Source: Candidatus Cloacimonadota bacterium
GTDB taxonomy: Bacteria; Cloacimonadota; Cloacimonadia; G963667145
Length of the DNA stretch: 64,000 nucleotides
Direction: 5' to 3'
NCBI GenBank assembly: GCA_963676615.1
Contig: OY781092.1
Span: 320,001-384,000 of the forward strand
Positions 26,322 through 36,133 of the stretch are shown here, one piece after another. The translations under genes were made by a program, and so were the position numbers. The first letter of the stretch is position 1. Every line of letters begins with the position of its first letter. The notes beneath the pieces are model-generated. The model made no database searches, was not told where the DNA came from, and worked only from the letters and a program-made list of their open reading frames with translations.

Positions 26322-26743
26322 AGCCTAAAATCACCTTAATCGAAACGATGGAAGAGTATGTTAACTATTTGAAAGACGAAAACAACAAATATTTGCACAA
26401 AGATAGAAGTTTGAGACATGTTAAACCTTACATCGATGGAGACTATCTTATCGGCTATGATAGCGACGGGGCTGTATATTTGCTAGACAAACAAACTAAA
26501 GAAGTCGCAAAACAAATAGAGCTCGACTCTTTCACTTTGTTTGAGAGAGACACTAACAGGCCTGATATGGGAGAAAAAATTTTAGAAGCTGTTAAAAAAG
26601 AGAATTTTGCAAAAGGGCTCCCAATATGTTATATGATTGGTGATACCATTGTAGACGAATATTCAGATGGAAGGATTGTGGAACAAATTGAAACTGAGAA
26701 AGGATTTATTGATGGAAAGATTTTGAGAGAAGGGGAAAAATAA
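26318..26743 (+). CDS. Hypothetical protein, possible partner/antitoxin of the zeta-like ATPase
   Basis: C-terminal AVKKENFAKGLPICY...EYSDG recalls small partners of zeta-like ATPases; 1 bp from the next gene. Confidence 0.5.
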   Translation: MKPKITLIETMEEYVNYLKDENNKYLHKDRSLRHVKPYIDGDYLIGYDSDGAVYLLDKQTKEVAKQIELDSFTLFERDTNRPDMGEKILEAVKKENFAKGLPICYMIGDTIVDEYSDGRIVEQIETEKGFIDGKILREGEK

Positions 26744-26744
26744 A

Positions 26745-27315
26745 ATGAAAATATTCGTCGTCGTTGGAGGACCAAACGGAAGCGGCAAAACAACTATTAC
26801 AGAAAGAAATGAAAAAAAAGATGGTATAACTTATTTGAATCCTGACGAAATCCAAAAACAAATAGCAACGGGCAACACAGAGGCAGATATTGTGAAAGCT
26901 GGAAGGCTAACCCTAGAAAAAGCTAACGATTTGTTAGAAAAAGGCGAGTCAATTTTGATAGAGTCCACTCTTTCAGGAAAAGCCCACCTAAAATTACTCA
27001 AGAAAGCTAAAGATTTAGGCTATAAAACAAGAATAGACTTTGTTTGTTTACAATCCGCAGATTAATGTTAAAAGAGTAAGTGAACGAGTAAAAAATGGTG
27101 GTCACAATGTTCCAGAAGCAGATATAAAACGCCGCTACAAAAAGGCCTTAGAGATGCTGCCAAAATACCTCAAGCTCGCAGACTCTTTTCGATTATACGA
27201 CAATACCGTCACACACACAAAAGTGCTGCACATCATAAAAGGAAAGCGTAAGGATAAAATTGTCACTCTTAGCAAAAAACTTCCCAAATGGGCTGAGAAA
27301 AGTGTTAGAAGTTAA
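26745..27315 (+). pseudogene. Zeta-toxin-like P-loop ATPase/kinase, frameshifted
   Basis: GPNGSGKTT, NPDE, ESTLSG in one frame; RVKNGGHNVP...RRY, YDN in the +1 frame; break near 27060. Confidence 0.8.
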
Positions 27316-27322
27316 AATATAA

Positions 27323-27633
27323 AGAAAGCAGGCTCGACGAGGAAATTGTGCAGATTTTGACGGGCAAAGATATCAGCCAAGTTGACGCTATCCAAGGAGG
27401 AGAGGCACTCGCAAATTTTATCGAGTTTATAAAGAAGAACAAAGACAAGTTCAGCTTCTTTGCAAAGATTTTCGGGTTCAAAAAGGCAAAGCAGGAGCAA
27501 AGTATCTCTGGGAACGGTTCGAAAAAAAATGCCTAGATTTTGGGCTGACAAGACAGGACTTCAAGGAGATGAGTCTTGTGGAAGTTTACACCTATTGGTG
27601 CTTGGAATATGAGAAAGAAAGGGAAATGGCGAA
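27323..27633 (+). repeat. 311-bp relic copy of prophage region 3349-3659
   Basis: Manual alignment: 9 substitutions, no indels. Confidence 0.95.
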
Positions 27634-27636
27634 AGG

Positions 27637-27768
27637 TTATTTGCGGTGAAGCCTTTCGCGGGCGTTTGTGTGGCTATTATTGGTGAGGCTTAAATACAGA
27701 AGCAAAACCATAACAAAAATTGGGGCAAAAGTGATGGCTAAAAAAAATATTGTCCCAAGGGCTTGCAT
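27637..27768 (-). CDS. 43-aa single-TM membrane peptide
   Basis: MQALGTIFFLAITFAPIFVMVLLLYLSL...; RBS AGGAGG. Confidence 0.65.
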   Translation of the reverse strand: MQALGTIFFLAITFAPIFVMVLLLYLSLTNNSHTNARERLHRK

Positions 27769-27967
27769 ATAACCTCCTAAATGATTTTTACTAAAGGAAC
27801 AGGAGATAGAAAAAATGTCAAGTGATAAATTGATGTTAAATATAGAAGTTGATGTGGTTGTCATTTTCATTGACTAAGTCATTTAATGGGAGAAAATGAA
27901 TTCAAAATTGATTGACTTTACTTGTTTTTTTTATTCTCTCGTTTTATTAGGTTAAAGGGAGGATTTA

Positions 27968-28429
27968 ATGGGCGGTCTTATTTTTGTGATTTTTGTTCTT
28001 TTTATATTATGGCTAGCTTGTCGTAAGGATAAAAAGAAAGCTGAGAAAATGCAAATTGTTAAAAATGAGGGTTTGAAAGAGGAAATTCCTGAAGAAACGG
28101 AAGAGATTAATCTTAATATTAGCCTTGAAAAGCCAGAAAAAAGGGAGAAGGAAGAGTTGACTGATGAAGTTTTCAAAAGAGAAATTCGGAGGGAAATTGT
28201 GAAGATAGTGCAAAAAAAGTATCCAAAAATTGAAGTTCTTTTTCATGATGAGGATAATGGGGAGGAGTTTGGTTTTAATTTGGGAGCTAGTGATGAGTTT
28301 TATAGCAAGCAGGAGTTGATAGATATTTCTAAAGAACTTACTGCTGATGCGACTTCGCAGGTTGCGGCAAATTTTTTGGGGCAAGCTTTTTTGGATTCTG
28401 GGTTTCAGGTTAGTGTAGAGCAAAGTTAA
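27968..28429 (+). CDS. Hypothetical lipoprotein/membrane-anchored protein
   Basis: Hydrophobic N-terminus ending WLAC; RBS GGAGG. Confidence 0.65.
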   Translation: MGGLIFVIFVLFILWLACRKDKKKAEKMQIVKNEGLKEEIPEETEEINLNISLEKPEKREKEELTDEVFKREIRREIVKIVQKKYPKIEVLFHDEDNGEEFGFNLGASDEFYSKQELIDISKELTADATSQVAANFLGQAFLDSGFQVSVEQS

Positions 28430-28447
28430 TTTTCACAAGGGGGAAAA

Positions 28448-28987
28448 ATGATTTCACGGAAGAGGGCGCAGCAGTTGCTGGACGAGCATTTGTTGAACGA
28501 GAATCTGAAGAGTCACAGCCTAGCGGTCGCCTACATTATGCAGGAGCTGGCGAAAGTTTCTGGCGAAGATGAGGATAAGTGGTTTATCACGGGATTGTTG
28601 CACGATTTGGATTATGAGGGGACGAAAGATCAGCCGGCGCAGCACGGGCTGCAGACGGCGGAGATTTTGCAGAACGAGGATGTAAGTCAGGAGATGTTGC
28701 AGGCGATAAAGGCGCACAACTCTTTGGCGGATAGGGACGATTTGCTGAGCAAGCATCTTTGGGCGGCAGATCCCGTCTCGGGTTTGGTAGTGGCTGCGGC
28801 TCTGATGAATCCCGAGAAAAAAATCGAGGTGTTACAGCTGAAATCGTTAAAGAAAAAGTTTAAATCCAAAAGTTTTGCCAAAGGTGCAAATCGCCAGCAG
28901 ATAGCCGATTGCCAAGATTTTGGGATGGAACTAGGTGACTTTTTGCAGCTAGCCATCGATGCGATGAGCGGCAAGGAACTGCTGTAA
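28448..28987 (+). CDS. HDIG/HD-domain hydrolase
   Basis: HSLAV...GLLHDLD...SFAKGANR. Confidence 0.85.
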   Translation: MISRKRAQQLLDEHLLNENLKSHSLAVAYIMQELAKVSGEDEDKWFITGLLHDLDYEGTKDQPAQHGLQTAEILQNEDVSQEMLQAIKAHNSLADRDDLLSKHLWAADPVSGLVVAAALMNPEKKIEVLQLKSLKKKFKSKSFAKGANRQQIADCQDFGMELGDFLQLAIDAMSGKELL

Positions 28988-29016
28988 TTCCCTAGAATTT
29001 AAGCAGATTATACAAA

Positions 29017-29056
29017 AAAGCCAACCATATTTCTAGGTTGGCTTTCTGTTTTTTTT
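29017..29056. terminator. Terminator between convergent genes
   Basis: AAAGCCAACC...GGTTGGCTTT with flanking A/T runs. Confidence 0.7.
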
Positions 29057-29061
29057 GCTTT

Positions 29062-30180
29062 TTATTTGATGAAGTCGAGCACGATGTTCAAAATCCGTCT
29101 GACAGGTTCGGCGGCACCCCACAAAAGTTGATCGCCGACGCTGAAAGCGGTTAGATATTCTGGTCCCAAATTCATCTTGCGGATTCTGCCCACAGGCACT
29201 TTGAGCGTGCCAGTAGCGTAGGCTGGCGTCAATTTGGCGAGGCTCATCTCCTTGTTGTTTGGCACAATCTCGACCCACTGATTTCCTTTGGCGATGATTT
29301 GCTCAATTTTTTCAAGCGGCAGATTTTTTTTCAGCTTAATTGTAAAAGCTTGGCTGTGGCAACGCATTGCACCGACTCGCACGCACTGACCGTCGATAGG
29401 CACAGGATTTTTGTCTAGCCCCAAAATTTTGTTGGTCTCCACAAAACCTTTCCACTCTTCGCGCGTCTGCCCGTTGTCCATCGCCTTGTCTATCCAAGGA
29501 ATGAGGCTGGCAGCCAGCGGAACGCCGAAATTTTCTTTGGGCAAATCTGCGCTGTGCAAGGTGTTGTTCACATTTTCGTCGATATCCAAAATTGCGGCGG
29601 CTGGTTCTTGCAAAAGTTTTTCGGCGTTTTTGCCGATGATGCCCATCTGCTTTACCAGCTCGATCATATTTTGCGCGCCCGAGCCAGAAGCGGCTTGATA
29701 GGTCATCGAGGTGATCCAGTCCACCAAACCTTCTTCGAAAAGTCCGCCAAGCGCCATCAGCATTAGCGAAACCGTGCAGTTTCCGCCGACGAAATTTTTT
29801 ACGCCAGCAGAAAGTCCCTTGTCGATGACGCCGCTGTTTACGGGGTCTAGGACGATGATGCTTTGCTCATCCATCCGTAGAGTTGAGGCAGAGTCCAGCC
29901 AGTATCCGTTCCAGCCAGCTTTTCGCAGCTTTGGGTAAACTTCGCTGGTGTAGTCGCCGCCTTGGCAGGTGACGATGATGTCCAATTTTTTCAGAGAGTC
30001 GATGTCGAAAGCGTCTTGCAATTTTGCGGTTTCTACGCCAACATCAGGACTTTTTTGCCCAACTTGGGAGGTGGAAAAAAAGACCGGTTTGAACTTGCCA
30101 AAATCTTTCTCTTCCATCATTCTCTTCATTAGCACCGAGCCAACCATACCTCTCCAGCCGATAAAACCAACATTTTTCAT
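29062..30180 (-). CDS. asd: Aspartate-semialdehyde dehydrogenase
   Basis: [26 protein letters not shown]. Confidence 0.97.
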   Translation of the reverse strand: MKNVGFIGWRGMVGSVLMKRMMEEKDFGKFKPVFFSTSQVGQKSPDVGVETAKLQDAFDIDSLKKLDIIVTCQGGDYTSEVYPKLRKAGWNGYWLDSASTLRMDEQSIIVLDPVNSGVIDKGLSAGVKNFVGGNCTVSLMLMALGGLFEEGLVDWITSMTYQAASGSGAQNMIELVKQMGIIGKNAEKLLQEPAAAILDIDENVNNTLHSADLPKENFGVPLAASLIPWIDKAMDNGQTREEWKGFVETNKILGLDKNPVPIDGQCVRVGAMRCHSQAFTIKLKKNLPLEKIEQIIAKGNQWVEIVPNNKEMSLAKLTPAYATGTLKVPVGRIRKMNLGPEYLTAFSVGDQLLWGAAEPVRRILNIVLDFIK

Positions 30181-30509
30181 AACAATTTCTCTCCTTAAAA
30201 ATTTCTCGAAAGTCTCAATTTTGAAACTAAATCTTTTTTTGAGCTGAGATTGTCAATCTTTATTTTTCTCGCCTAATGTTTTGATTATCAAATAGTTACA
30301 AAATTTTGAGCCTTCTTAATCGTGATAAAAGTCACAAATAGAGCTAAATCTATCGTTACAAAAAAGTTGCTCACTTTTGAATTTGTGGTTTTGCTCGTTT
30401 GTATTTTAGGGAAAAATAATCGCGCTTTTGAAGAGCGAAATTCCATCTTGACTTTTTTGCCTTGCTTTGGAGTTTGTCGGGATAAATAAGCGATGAGATT
30501 GAGGAAATT

Positions 30510-31808
30510 ATGAATTTCAAAATAGAGACATACGGTTGCCAGATGAATATCGCCGATAGTGAGCTGGTGGCAGCGATTTTGCAGGAGGCAGGGCACAGCC
30601 AAGTGGAGCAAATCCAGGACGCCGATTTGGTAATTTTTAACACTTGTAGCGTGCGAGAACACGCAGAGCAGCGGGTTTTGGGGCGAATTGCCAGCGTGAT
30701 GGCTTTCAAGGAGAAAAAGTCGCCGTTTTATCTTGGGGTTATCGGCTGTATGGCGCAGCGGATGCAGGACGAGCTTTTTGCGTATGGTGTCGATTTTGTG
30801 GTTGGTGTGGACGAATATGCGAATTTGGCGAAGGTAATCGAGTCGCTGGAGCTTGGGCAGAAAGTGCTGAAAGCCGATTTCGACGACCAGCAAATTTACG
30901 AAAATTTTTATCCTGTGCGGAGCGAGAATTTTACCGCTTTTGTGACGATTATGCGCGGTTGCGACAATTTTTGCACCTATTGCATTGTGCCGCATTTGCG
31001 AGGGCGAGAGCGTTCTAGGCCGTTGTGCGAGATTTTGCAGGATGTGAAAAAAGCTGCCAGGCAAGGCTTTTCGGATATTACGCTTTTGGGACAAAATGTG
31101 AACTCCTACTCCTACGACGGTTTGAATTTTGCGGGATTGTTGCAGAAAGTTAGCGAGATTGAAGATGTGCGGCGGATTCGGTTTGTGACTTCGCATCCCA
31201 AAGATATGAGCGCGGAACTGATTGCGGCGATGCGTGATAACCACAAGGTTTGTCCGCACATTCATGTGGCTTTGCAGTCGGGTAACGACGAGATTTTGCA
31301 GCGGATGAATCGCAAATATACTGCGGGCGAGTTTTTGCAGATGGTGGTTGATTTGAGGGAGGCTGTGCCGCATATCGCCATCACGACGGACATTATCGTC
31401 GGTTTTCCGGGAGAGACGCATCGGCAATTTTTGGATACGGTGCAAATGCTGGGAAAAATCCGCTTCGATTATGCGTTTTTGTATAAATATTCGCCACGCA
31501 AGGGGACTGCGGCTGCCGAATTTGACGAGCAAGTGCCTGAGCCAGAGCGGCTGAAGCGGCTGCAGGAGATTATCAAGGTGCAAAATGTGATAACCAGCCA
31601 GAAATATCAGGAGCAGATTGGGCAGGTGAAGCAGGTGTTGGTCGAGAAGGTGAGCAAAAAAAACGCCGCTGAACTGGCGGGTAAGTCGGAAGATTTTAAG
31701 GTGGTAATTTTTGCGGGAGAGAAGAGCTTGATTGGCAAATATGTGCGGGTGAAAATCACGCAAGCCACGGGCTGGACGCTCAAGGGCGAGCTGGTGGAGG
31801 TGCTGTGA
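30510..31808 (+). CDS. miaB: tRNA-i6A37 methylthiotransferase
   Basis: TYGCQMN, GCDNFCTYC, TDIIVGFPGET, TRAM domain. Confidence 0.95.
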   Translation: MNFKIETYGCQMNIADSELVAAILQEAGHSQVEQIQDADLVIFNTCSVREHAEQRVLGRIASVMAFKEKKSPFYLGVIGCMAQRMQDELFAYGVDFVVGVDEYANLAKVIESLELGQKVLKADFDDQQIYENFYPVRSENFTAFVTIMRGCDNFCTYCIVPHLRGRERSRPLCEILQDVKKAARQGFSDITLLGQNVNSYSYDGLNFAGLLQKVSEIEDVRRIRFVTSHPKDMSAELIAAMRDNHKVCPHIHVALQSGNDEILQRMNRKYTAGEFLQMVVDLREAVPHIAITTDIIVGFPGETHRQFLDTVQMLGKIRFDYAFLYKYSPRKGTAAAEFDEQVPEPERLKRLQEIIKVQNVITSQKYQEQIGQVKQVLVEKVSKKNAAELAGKSEDFKVVIFAGEKSLIGKYVRVKITQATGWTLKGELVEVL

Positions 31809-32536
31809 TGCTCACGAAAAAAGTGTGGGCGGTGATACCCGCGCGCTACGCTTCGAGCCGTTTGCCGGGCAAACCGCTGGCGGATCTGGGAGGCAAGCCG
31901 CTTATCCAGCGGGTCTATGAGAACGCTTGCTCTTTTGGAATTTTCGCCAAAGTTGTTGTGGCGACGGACGATCAGAGAATTTTTGATTGCGTGAAAAATT
32001 TTGGTGGACAGGTCGTGATGACCAGCTCTCGGCACCAGACGGGCAGCGATAGGATCTGGGAGGTGGTGTCTGGCAGCGATTGCGACATCGTTTTTAATAT
32101 TCAGGGCGACGAGCCGTTTTTGCCCAAAAAAGCTGTGCAGGCGGTTTTGGATTTGTTTGCGGAGCCTTTGGTGGATGTTGGCTCGGCGATGTGTCCTCTT
32201 GCGCAAAAAAGCGAGATTGACGACCCCAATTGCGTGAAAGTCGTTTGCGATGCCAAAAATTTTGCGCTCTATTTTTCGCGGCTTCCGATTCCCTATAATC
32301 GCGATAATTCTCGGGTGGAATATTTTGGGCACATTGGGCTTTACGCCTACAAAAAGCAGGCTCTGGCGGAGTTTGTGGCGATGCCGAAATCTTGCCTTGA
32401 GATTGCCGAAAATTTGGAGCAACTCAGGTTTTTGCAAGCGGGAAAAAAGCTGCGGATGGCAAAAATTCAGGAGAAAGTTGTCGGAATCGACACTCCCGAA
32501 GATTTGGCAAAAGCTCGCAAAATTTTGGAAAAGTGA
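31805..32536 (+). CDS. kdsB: CMP-KDO synthetase
   Basis: IPARYASSRLPGKPL, QGDEP, LEQLR. Confidence 0.95.
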   Translation: MMLTKKVWAVIPARYASSRLPGKPLADLGGKPLIQRVYENACSFGIFAKVVVATDDQRIFDCVKNFGGQVVMTSSRHQTGSDRIWEVVSGSDCDIVFNIQGDEPFLPKKAVQAVLDLFAEPLVDVGSAMCPLAQKSEIDDPNCVKVVCDAKNFALYFSRLPIPYNRDNSRVEYFGHIGLYAYKKQALAEFVAMPKSCLEIAENLEQLRFLQAGKKLRMAKIQEKVVGIDTPEDLAKARKILEK

Positions 32537-33582
32537 TGAAAGAGAAGGTGGCTCTTGCGCTGTCTGGCGGCATCGACTCGTCGGTGTGCGCCTACTTCCT
32601 CAAGGAGCAAGGCTACGATGTGCATTGCTTCACGATGCGGCTTTTCGACGATCAGCCGCTGGGATTTTCGCAAGAGAAAGGTTGCCGAGCGACGATTGCC
32701 AAAGCTCAAAAAGTTGCTAAAAAGCTGGATTTGCCGTTTGAGGTAATCGATTTGCGAGCGGAGTTTAAGCGGAAAATTTTGGACGCTTTTTTGGAGAAAT
32801 ATCAAGCGGGACTCACGCCAAATCCGTGCGTCGATTGTAATTTTCACATCAAATGGGGGCTTTTTGCAGATATTTTGGCGGAAAATGGTTTTGATAAAAT
32901 TGCCAGCGGACATTACGCCAAAGTGAGGCACGAGGCTGGTAAATACAAGGTTTTTAAGGCGAAAGATGACACCAAAGATCAGACCTATTTTTTTTGGAGA
33001 TTGTCGCAAGAGCAGCTGGCGAGGATGTTTTTTCCGTTGTCGGAGCTGAAAAAGTCGCAGATGAAGGAGCTGGCGCTGGATTTGGGCTTGGTGAGTGATA
33101 GCAGCGAGAGTCAGGGCGTGTGTTTTATCGAAAACGATTATAAGGAGCTTTTGCGGCGACTGATTGGCGTTAATCCTGGTGCTGTTCGGCTGGATGGCAA
33201 AAAAATCGGCGAGCACAAGGGCATCGCCTACTACACGATTGGTCAGCGGCGTGGGCTGGAGATTCCGCACGCGACGCCGCTTTATGTGAAGTCCAAAAAC
33301 GCCAAAACTAACGCTATCACGGTTGTCGAGGATAGGTCGCTGCTGGCGACTTGCTCGTTTTATATCAAAAATGCGAACTTTTTTGAGGTAGATTTTGCTG
33401 GTTTGAGCGGGCTAAGCGTGCAGGTTTGTTACAACACAAAAGCGGTAGCGGTGGTGAGCTTAACGCCCAAGGGTAAAGGATTTTTGGTGCAGACCAAAGA
33501 GCCGATAAAAGCTGTGGCGAGCGGACAGTCGGCGGTTTTTTACGCTGGAGATTTGCTCGTGGGCGGTGGCGAGATTGGCTAG
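32533..33582 (+). CDS. mnmA: tRNA 2-thiouridylase
   Basis: SGGIDSS, PNPCVDCN, KDQTYF, YTIGQRRGL. Confidence 0.95.
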   Translation: MMKEKVALALSGGIDSSVCAYFLKEQGYDVHCFTMRLFDDQPLGFSQEKGCRATIAKAQKVAKKLDLPFEVIDLRAEFKRKILDAFLEKYQAGLTPNPCVDCNFHIKWGLFADILAENGFDKIASGHYAKVRHEAGKYKVFKAKDDTKDQTYFFWRLSQEQLARMFFPLSELKKSQMKELALDLGLVSDSSESQGVCFIENDYKELLRRLIGVNPGAVRLDGKKIGEHKGIAYYTIGQRRGLEIPHATPLYVKSKNAKTNAITVVEDRSLLATCSFYIKNANFFEVDFAGLSGLSVQVCYNTKAVAVVSLTPKGKGFLVQTKEPIKAVASGQSAVFYAGDLLVGGGEIG

Positions 33583-33715
33583 AGGCGGCTTTTTTGGCGA
33601 GAAATTGGAAAGCGGAATTTTCCGATACGAAAAGCGGACGAAATCTGGAGTCGCAAATCTTTTTTTGGCGAGAAGATTTTCTTTACAATTTAGGCTTTTT
33701 TGAAAGGTTGGAATT

Positions 33716-35497
33716 ATGAAAAATGTTAGAAATTTTTGTATAATTGCGCATATCGATCACGGAAAATCGACGCTTTCGGACAGATTTTTGCAGCTTACGG
33801 GAGTGCTGGGAGACGCCAGCGGGCAGGTTTTGGACGATATGGATTTGGAGCGGGAGCGCGGGATTACGATCAAGTCGAAGGCTGTGCGGATGAACTACAC
33901 CTATCTGGGTCAGGAGTATGTGCTGAACCTCATCGATACGCCTGGGCATGTCGATTTTTCCTACGAAGTGTCTCGCAGTCTGAACTCTTGCGAGGCGGCT
34001 TTGCTGCTGGTGGACGCCGCACAAGGCGTTGAGGCGCAGACGATGAGCAATCTGTATCTTGCCTTGGAGAACAATCTGGAGATTATTCCTGTGATCAACA
34101 AAATCGATTTGCCGTCGGCGGATGTGGAGGCTTGTCAGGAGAAGCTTTTCGAGCTTTTGGGACAGGACAATATTTACAAAATTTCGGCTAAATCGAACAT
34201 CGGCATTCAGGAACTTTTGGAGGGCGTGATCAAAGATGTGCCCGCTCCAAAAGGCGATGTTGCGGCACCTGTGAAGGCTTTGGTTTTCGACTCGTTCTAC
34301 GATAAGTATCGCGGAGTTGTGATTTTGGTGCGGATGTTTGACGGTAGTCTCAAAAAAGGCGATAGGGTGAAGTTTTGTTCTAGCGATGTCGAGTTTGCGA
34401 TCGAGGAGCTGGGCTATGTGGGCTTGGAGCTCAAGGCGAGCAAAGATTTGGTTGCTGGCGATGTCGGCTACATTATTTCGGGGATTAAAGATATCGATCA
34501 GGCGAAAGTTGGCGATACGGTAACGGGTGTTAGGCTCCCGTGCGACAAGGCTTTGGCTGGTTTTCAGGAAGTCAAGCCGATGGTGTATAGCGGAGTTTTT
34601 CCTGTGGCGAGCGACGAGTATAAGGAGCTGCGAGAAGCGCTGGAGAAGCTGAAGTTGAACGATGCGTCGCTGGTTTATGAGCCGGAAAATTCGCTGGCTC
34701 TGGGCTTTGGATTTCGGTGTGGATTTTTGGGAATGTTGCACTTGGAGATAGTTGTGGAGCGGCTTTATCGGGAGTATAATGTGCCGATTATCACCACTGC
34801 GCCGTCTGTGCCGTTTCGAGTTTTTGATAAAGCGGGCAAAATGAGCGAGGTGCACAATCCGATAAATTTGCCCGAGCCCAAAGATATCGATTACATTCAG
34901 GAGCCGTATATGAACCTCGAAATCATTGTTCCGTCGAGGTTTATCGGCAATATTATGAAGCTGGTGATCGAGAAGCGGGGCGTGCAAAAAAATATGGAGT
35001 ATATCGATCAAGACAGAGTTTGTTTGAAATACGATATTCCGCTTTTGGAGTTGATTTTCGATTTTTACTCTCGATTGAAGTCGGTTTCCAGCGGTTACGC
35101 CTCGATGGACTATTCCTACGCCGATTATCGCACTTCGGACATCGTTAAGGTGGATATTTTGGTCAACGGCGACAAGGTTGACGCGATGAGTTTTATGGCG
35201 CATCGTGAAAAAGCCAGAGCGTGGGGGCTGAACATCACCGAGCGGCTGAAAGATTTGATTCCTCGGCACTTATTCAAAATTCCGATTCAGGCGGCTATTG
35301 GTAGCGATGTTGTGGCTCGCTCGACGATTAACGCGATGCGAAAAAATGTGACGGCGAAATGTTATGGCGGCGATATTACCAGAAAGCGTAAGTTGCTGGA
35401 AAAGCAGAAGAAAGGCAAGAAACGGATGAAAGAGATTGGCTCGGTTTCGATTCCGCAGGAAGCTTTTTTGGCGGTGATGAAAGCCGATAAAATTTAG
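33716..35497 (+). CDS. lepA: Elongation factor 4
   Basis: AHIDHGKST, RERGITIK, GFRCGFLG, KCYGGD. Confidence 0.98.
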   Translation: MKNVRNFCIIAHIDHGKSTLSDRFLQLTGVLGDASGQVLDDMDLERERGITIKSKAVRMNYTYLGQEYVLNLIDTPGHVDFSYEVSRSLNSCEAALLLVDAAQGVEAQTMSNLYLALENNLEIIPVINKIDLPSADVEACQEKLFELLGQDNIYKISAKSNIGIQELLEGVIKDVPAPKGDVAAPVKALVFDSFYDKYRGVVILVRMFDGSLKKGDRVKFCSSDVEFAIEELGYVGLELKASKDLVAGDVGYIISGIKDIDQAKVGDTVTGVRLPCDKALAGFQEVKPMVYSGVFPVASDEYKELREALEKLKLNDASLVYEPENSLALGFGFRCGFLGMLHLEIVVERLYREYNVPIITTAPSVPFRVFDKAGKMSEVHNPINLPEPKDIDYIQEPYMNLEIIVPSRFIGNIMKLVIEKRGVQKNMEYIDQDRVCLKYDIPLLELIFDFYSRLKSVSSGYASMDYSYADYRTSDIVKVDILVNGDKVDAMSFMAHREKARAWGLNITERLKDLIPRHLFKIPIQAAIGSDVVARSTINAMRKNVTAKCYGGDITRKRKLLEKQKKGKKRMKEIGSVSIPQEAFLAVMKADKI

Positions 35498-35524
35498 CGA
35501 GATTTACCAAAAAAGGAGAGAGTT

Positions 35525-36106
35525 ATTTTACATAATTTGCTACGAGGAAAGAAGGTCGTTTTAGGTTCGGCGTCGCAGAGGCGCGAGCGGATTTTGCGGA
35601 TGATGGGCGTGAAGTTTGTCAAGATTGCCGCAGATGTGGACGAGACGGAGGACGCTAAACTCTCGCCCTTGCTTTTGTGCAAGAAGCTCGCCCAAAAAAA
35701 GGCGGAGACTGTGGCAGAGATGTGCGATGCAAATTGCTTGGTTATCGGAGCGGACACTTTCGTTTATCTGGATGGAAAAATTTTGGGCAAGCCCGCAGAC
35801 GCTGCGCAGGCACGAGATTTTTTGCAGAGGCTCTCGGGCAGGACGCACACGGTTTATTCGGGGGTTTGCGTGCGCTACAAGCGGAAATCGTGGACAGGTT
35901 TTGCCAAGGCGAAGGTGACTTTTGACGAGCTCTCGGAGGTGCAAATCGACCAATATCTGGTTACCAAAGAGCCGTATGACAAGGCGGGCGCCTACGCTTT
36001 GCAGGGGGCAGCCGGACAGTTCATCTCCAAAATTAACGGCGATTGGTTTACGGTCGTTGGTTTGCCAGTGAATTTGCTTGCAGCCTTGGTGCGTAAGGCT
36101 TTGTAG
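35525..36106 (+). CDS. maf: Maf nucleotide pyrophosphatase
   Basis: LGSASQRR, ADT, DKAGAY, VVGLP; start uncertain (ATT 35525 or TTG 35537). Confidence 0.92.
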   Translation: MLHNLLRGKKVVLGSASQRRERILRMMGVKFVKIAADVDETEDAKLSPLLLCKKLAQKKAETVAEMCDANCLVIGADTFVYLDGKILGKPADAAQARDFLQRLSGRTHTVYSGVCVRYKRKSWTGFAKAKVTFDELSEVQIDQYLVTKEPYDKAGAYALQGAAGQFISKINGDWFTVVGLPVNLLAALVRKAL

Positions 36107-36133
36107 GGCAAAAGCTGCTCGTTTTTTTCGCCG

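Noticed and set aside
27323..27633. Diversity-generating retroelement TR/VR pair (with 3349-3659)
   Set aside because: Mismatches are not adenine-specific, are mostly synonymous, and no reverse transcriptase is present.
33590..33674. 14-bp direct repeat TTTTTTGGCGAGAA before lepA
   Set aside because: Only two low-complexity copies; no function supportable.
30288..35269. Long minus-strand ORFs (491 and 528 aa), likewise 16720-18087 and 18420-19415
   Set aside because: Antisense shadows of miaB, lepA and phage genes, with no recognisable motifs.
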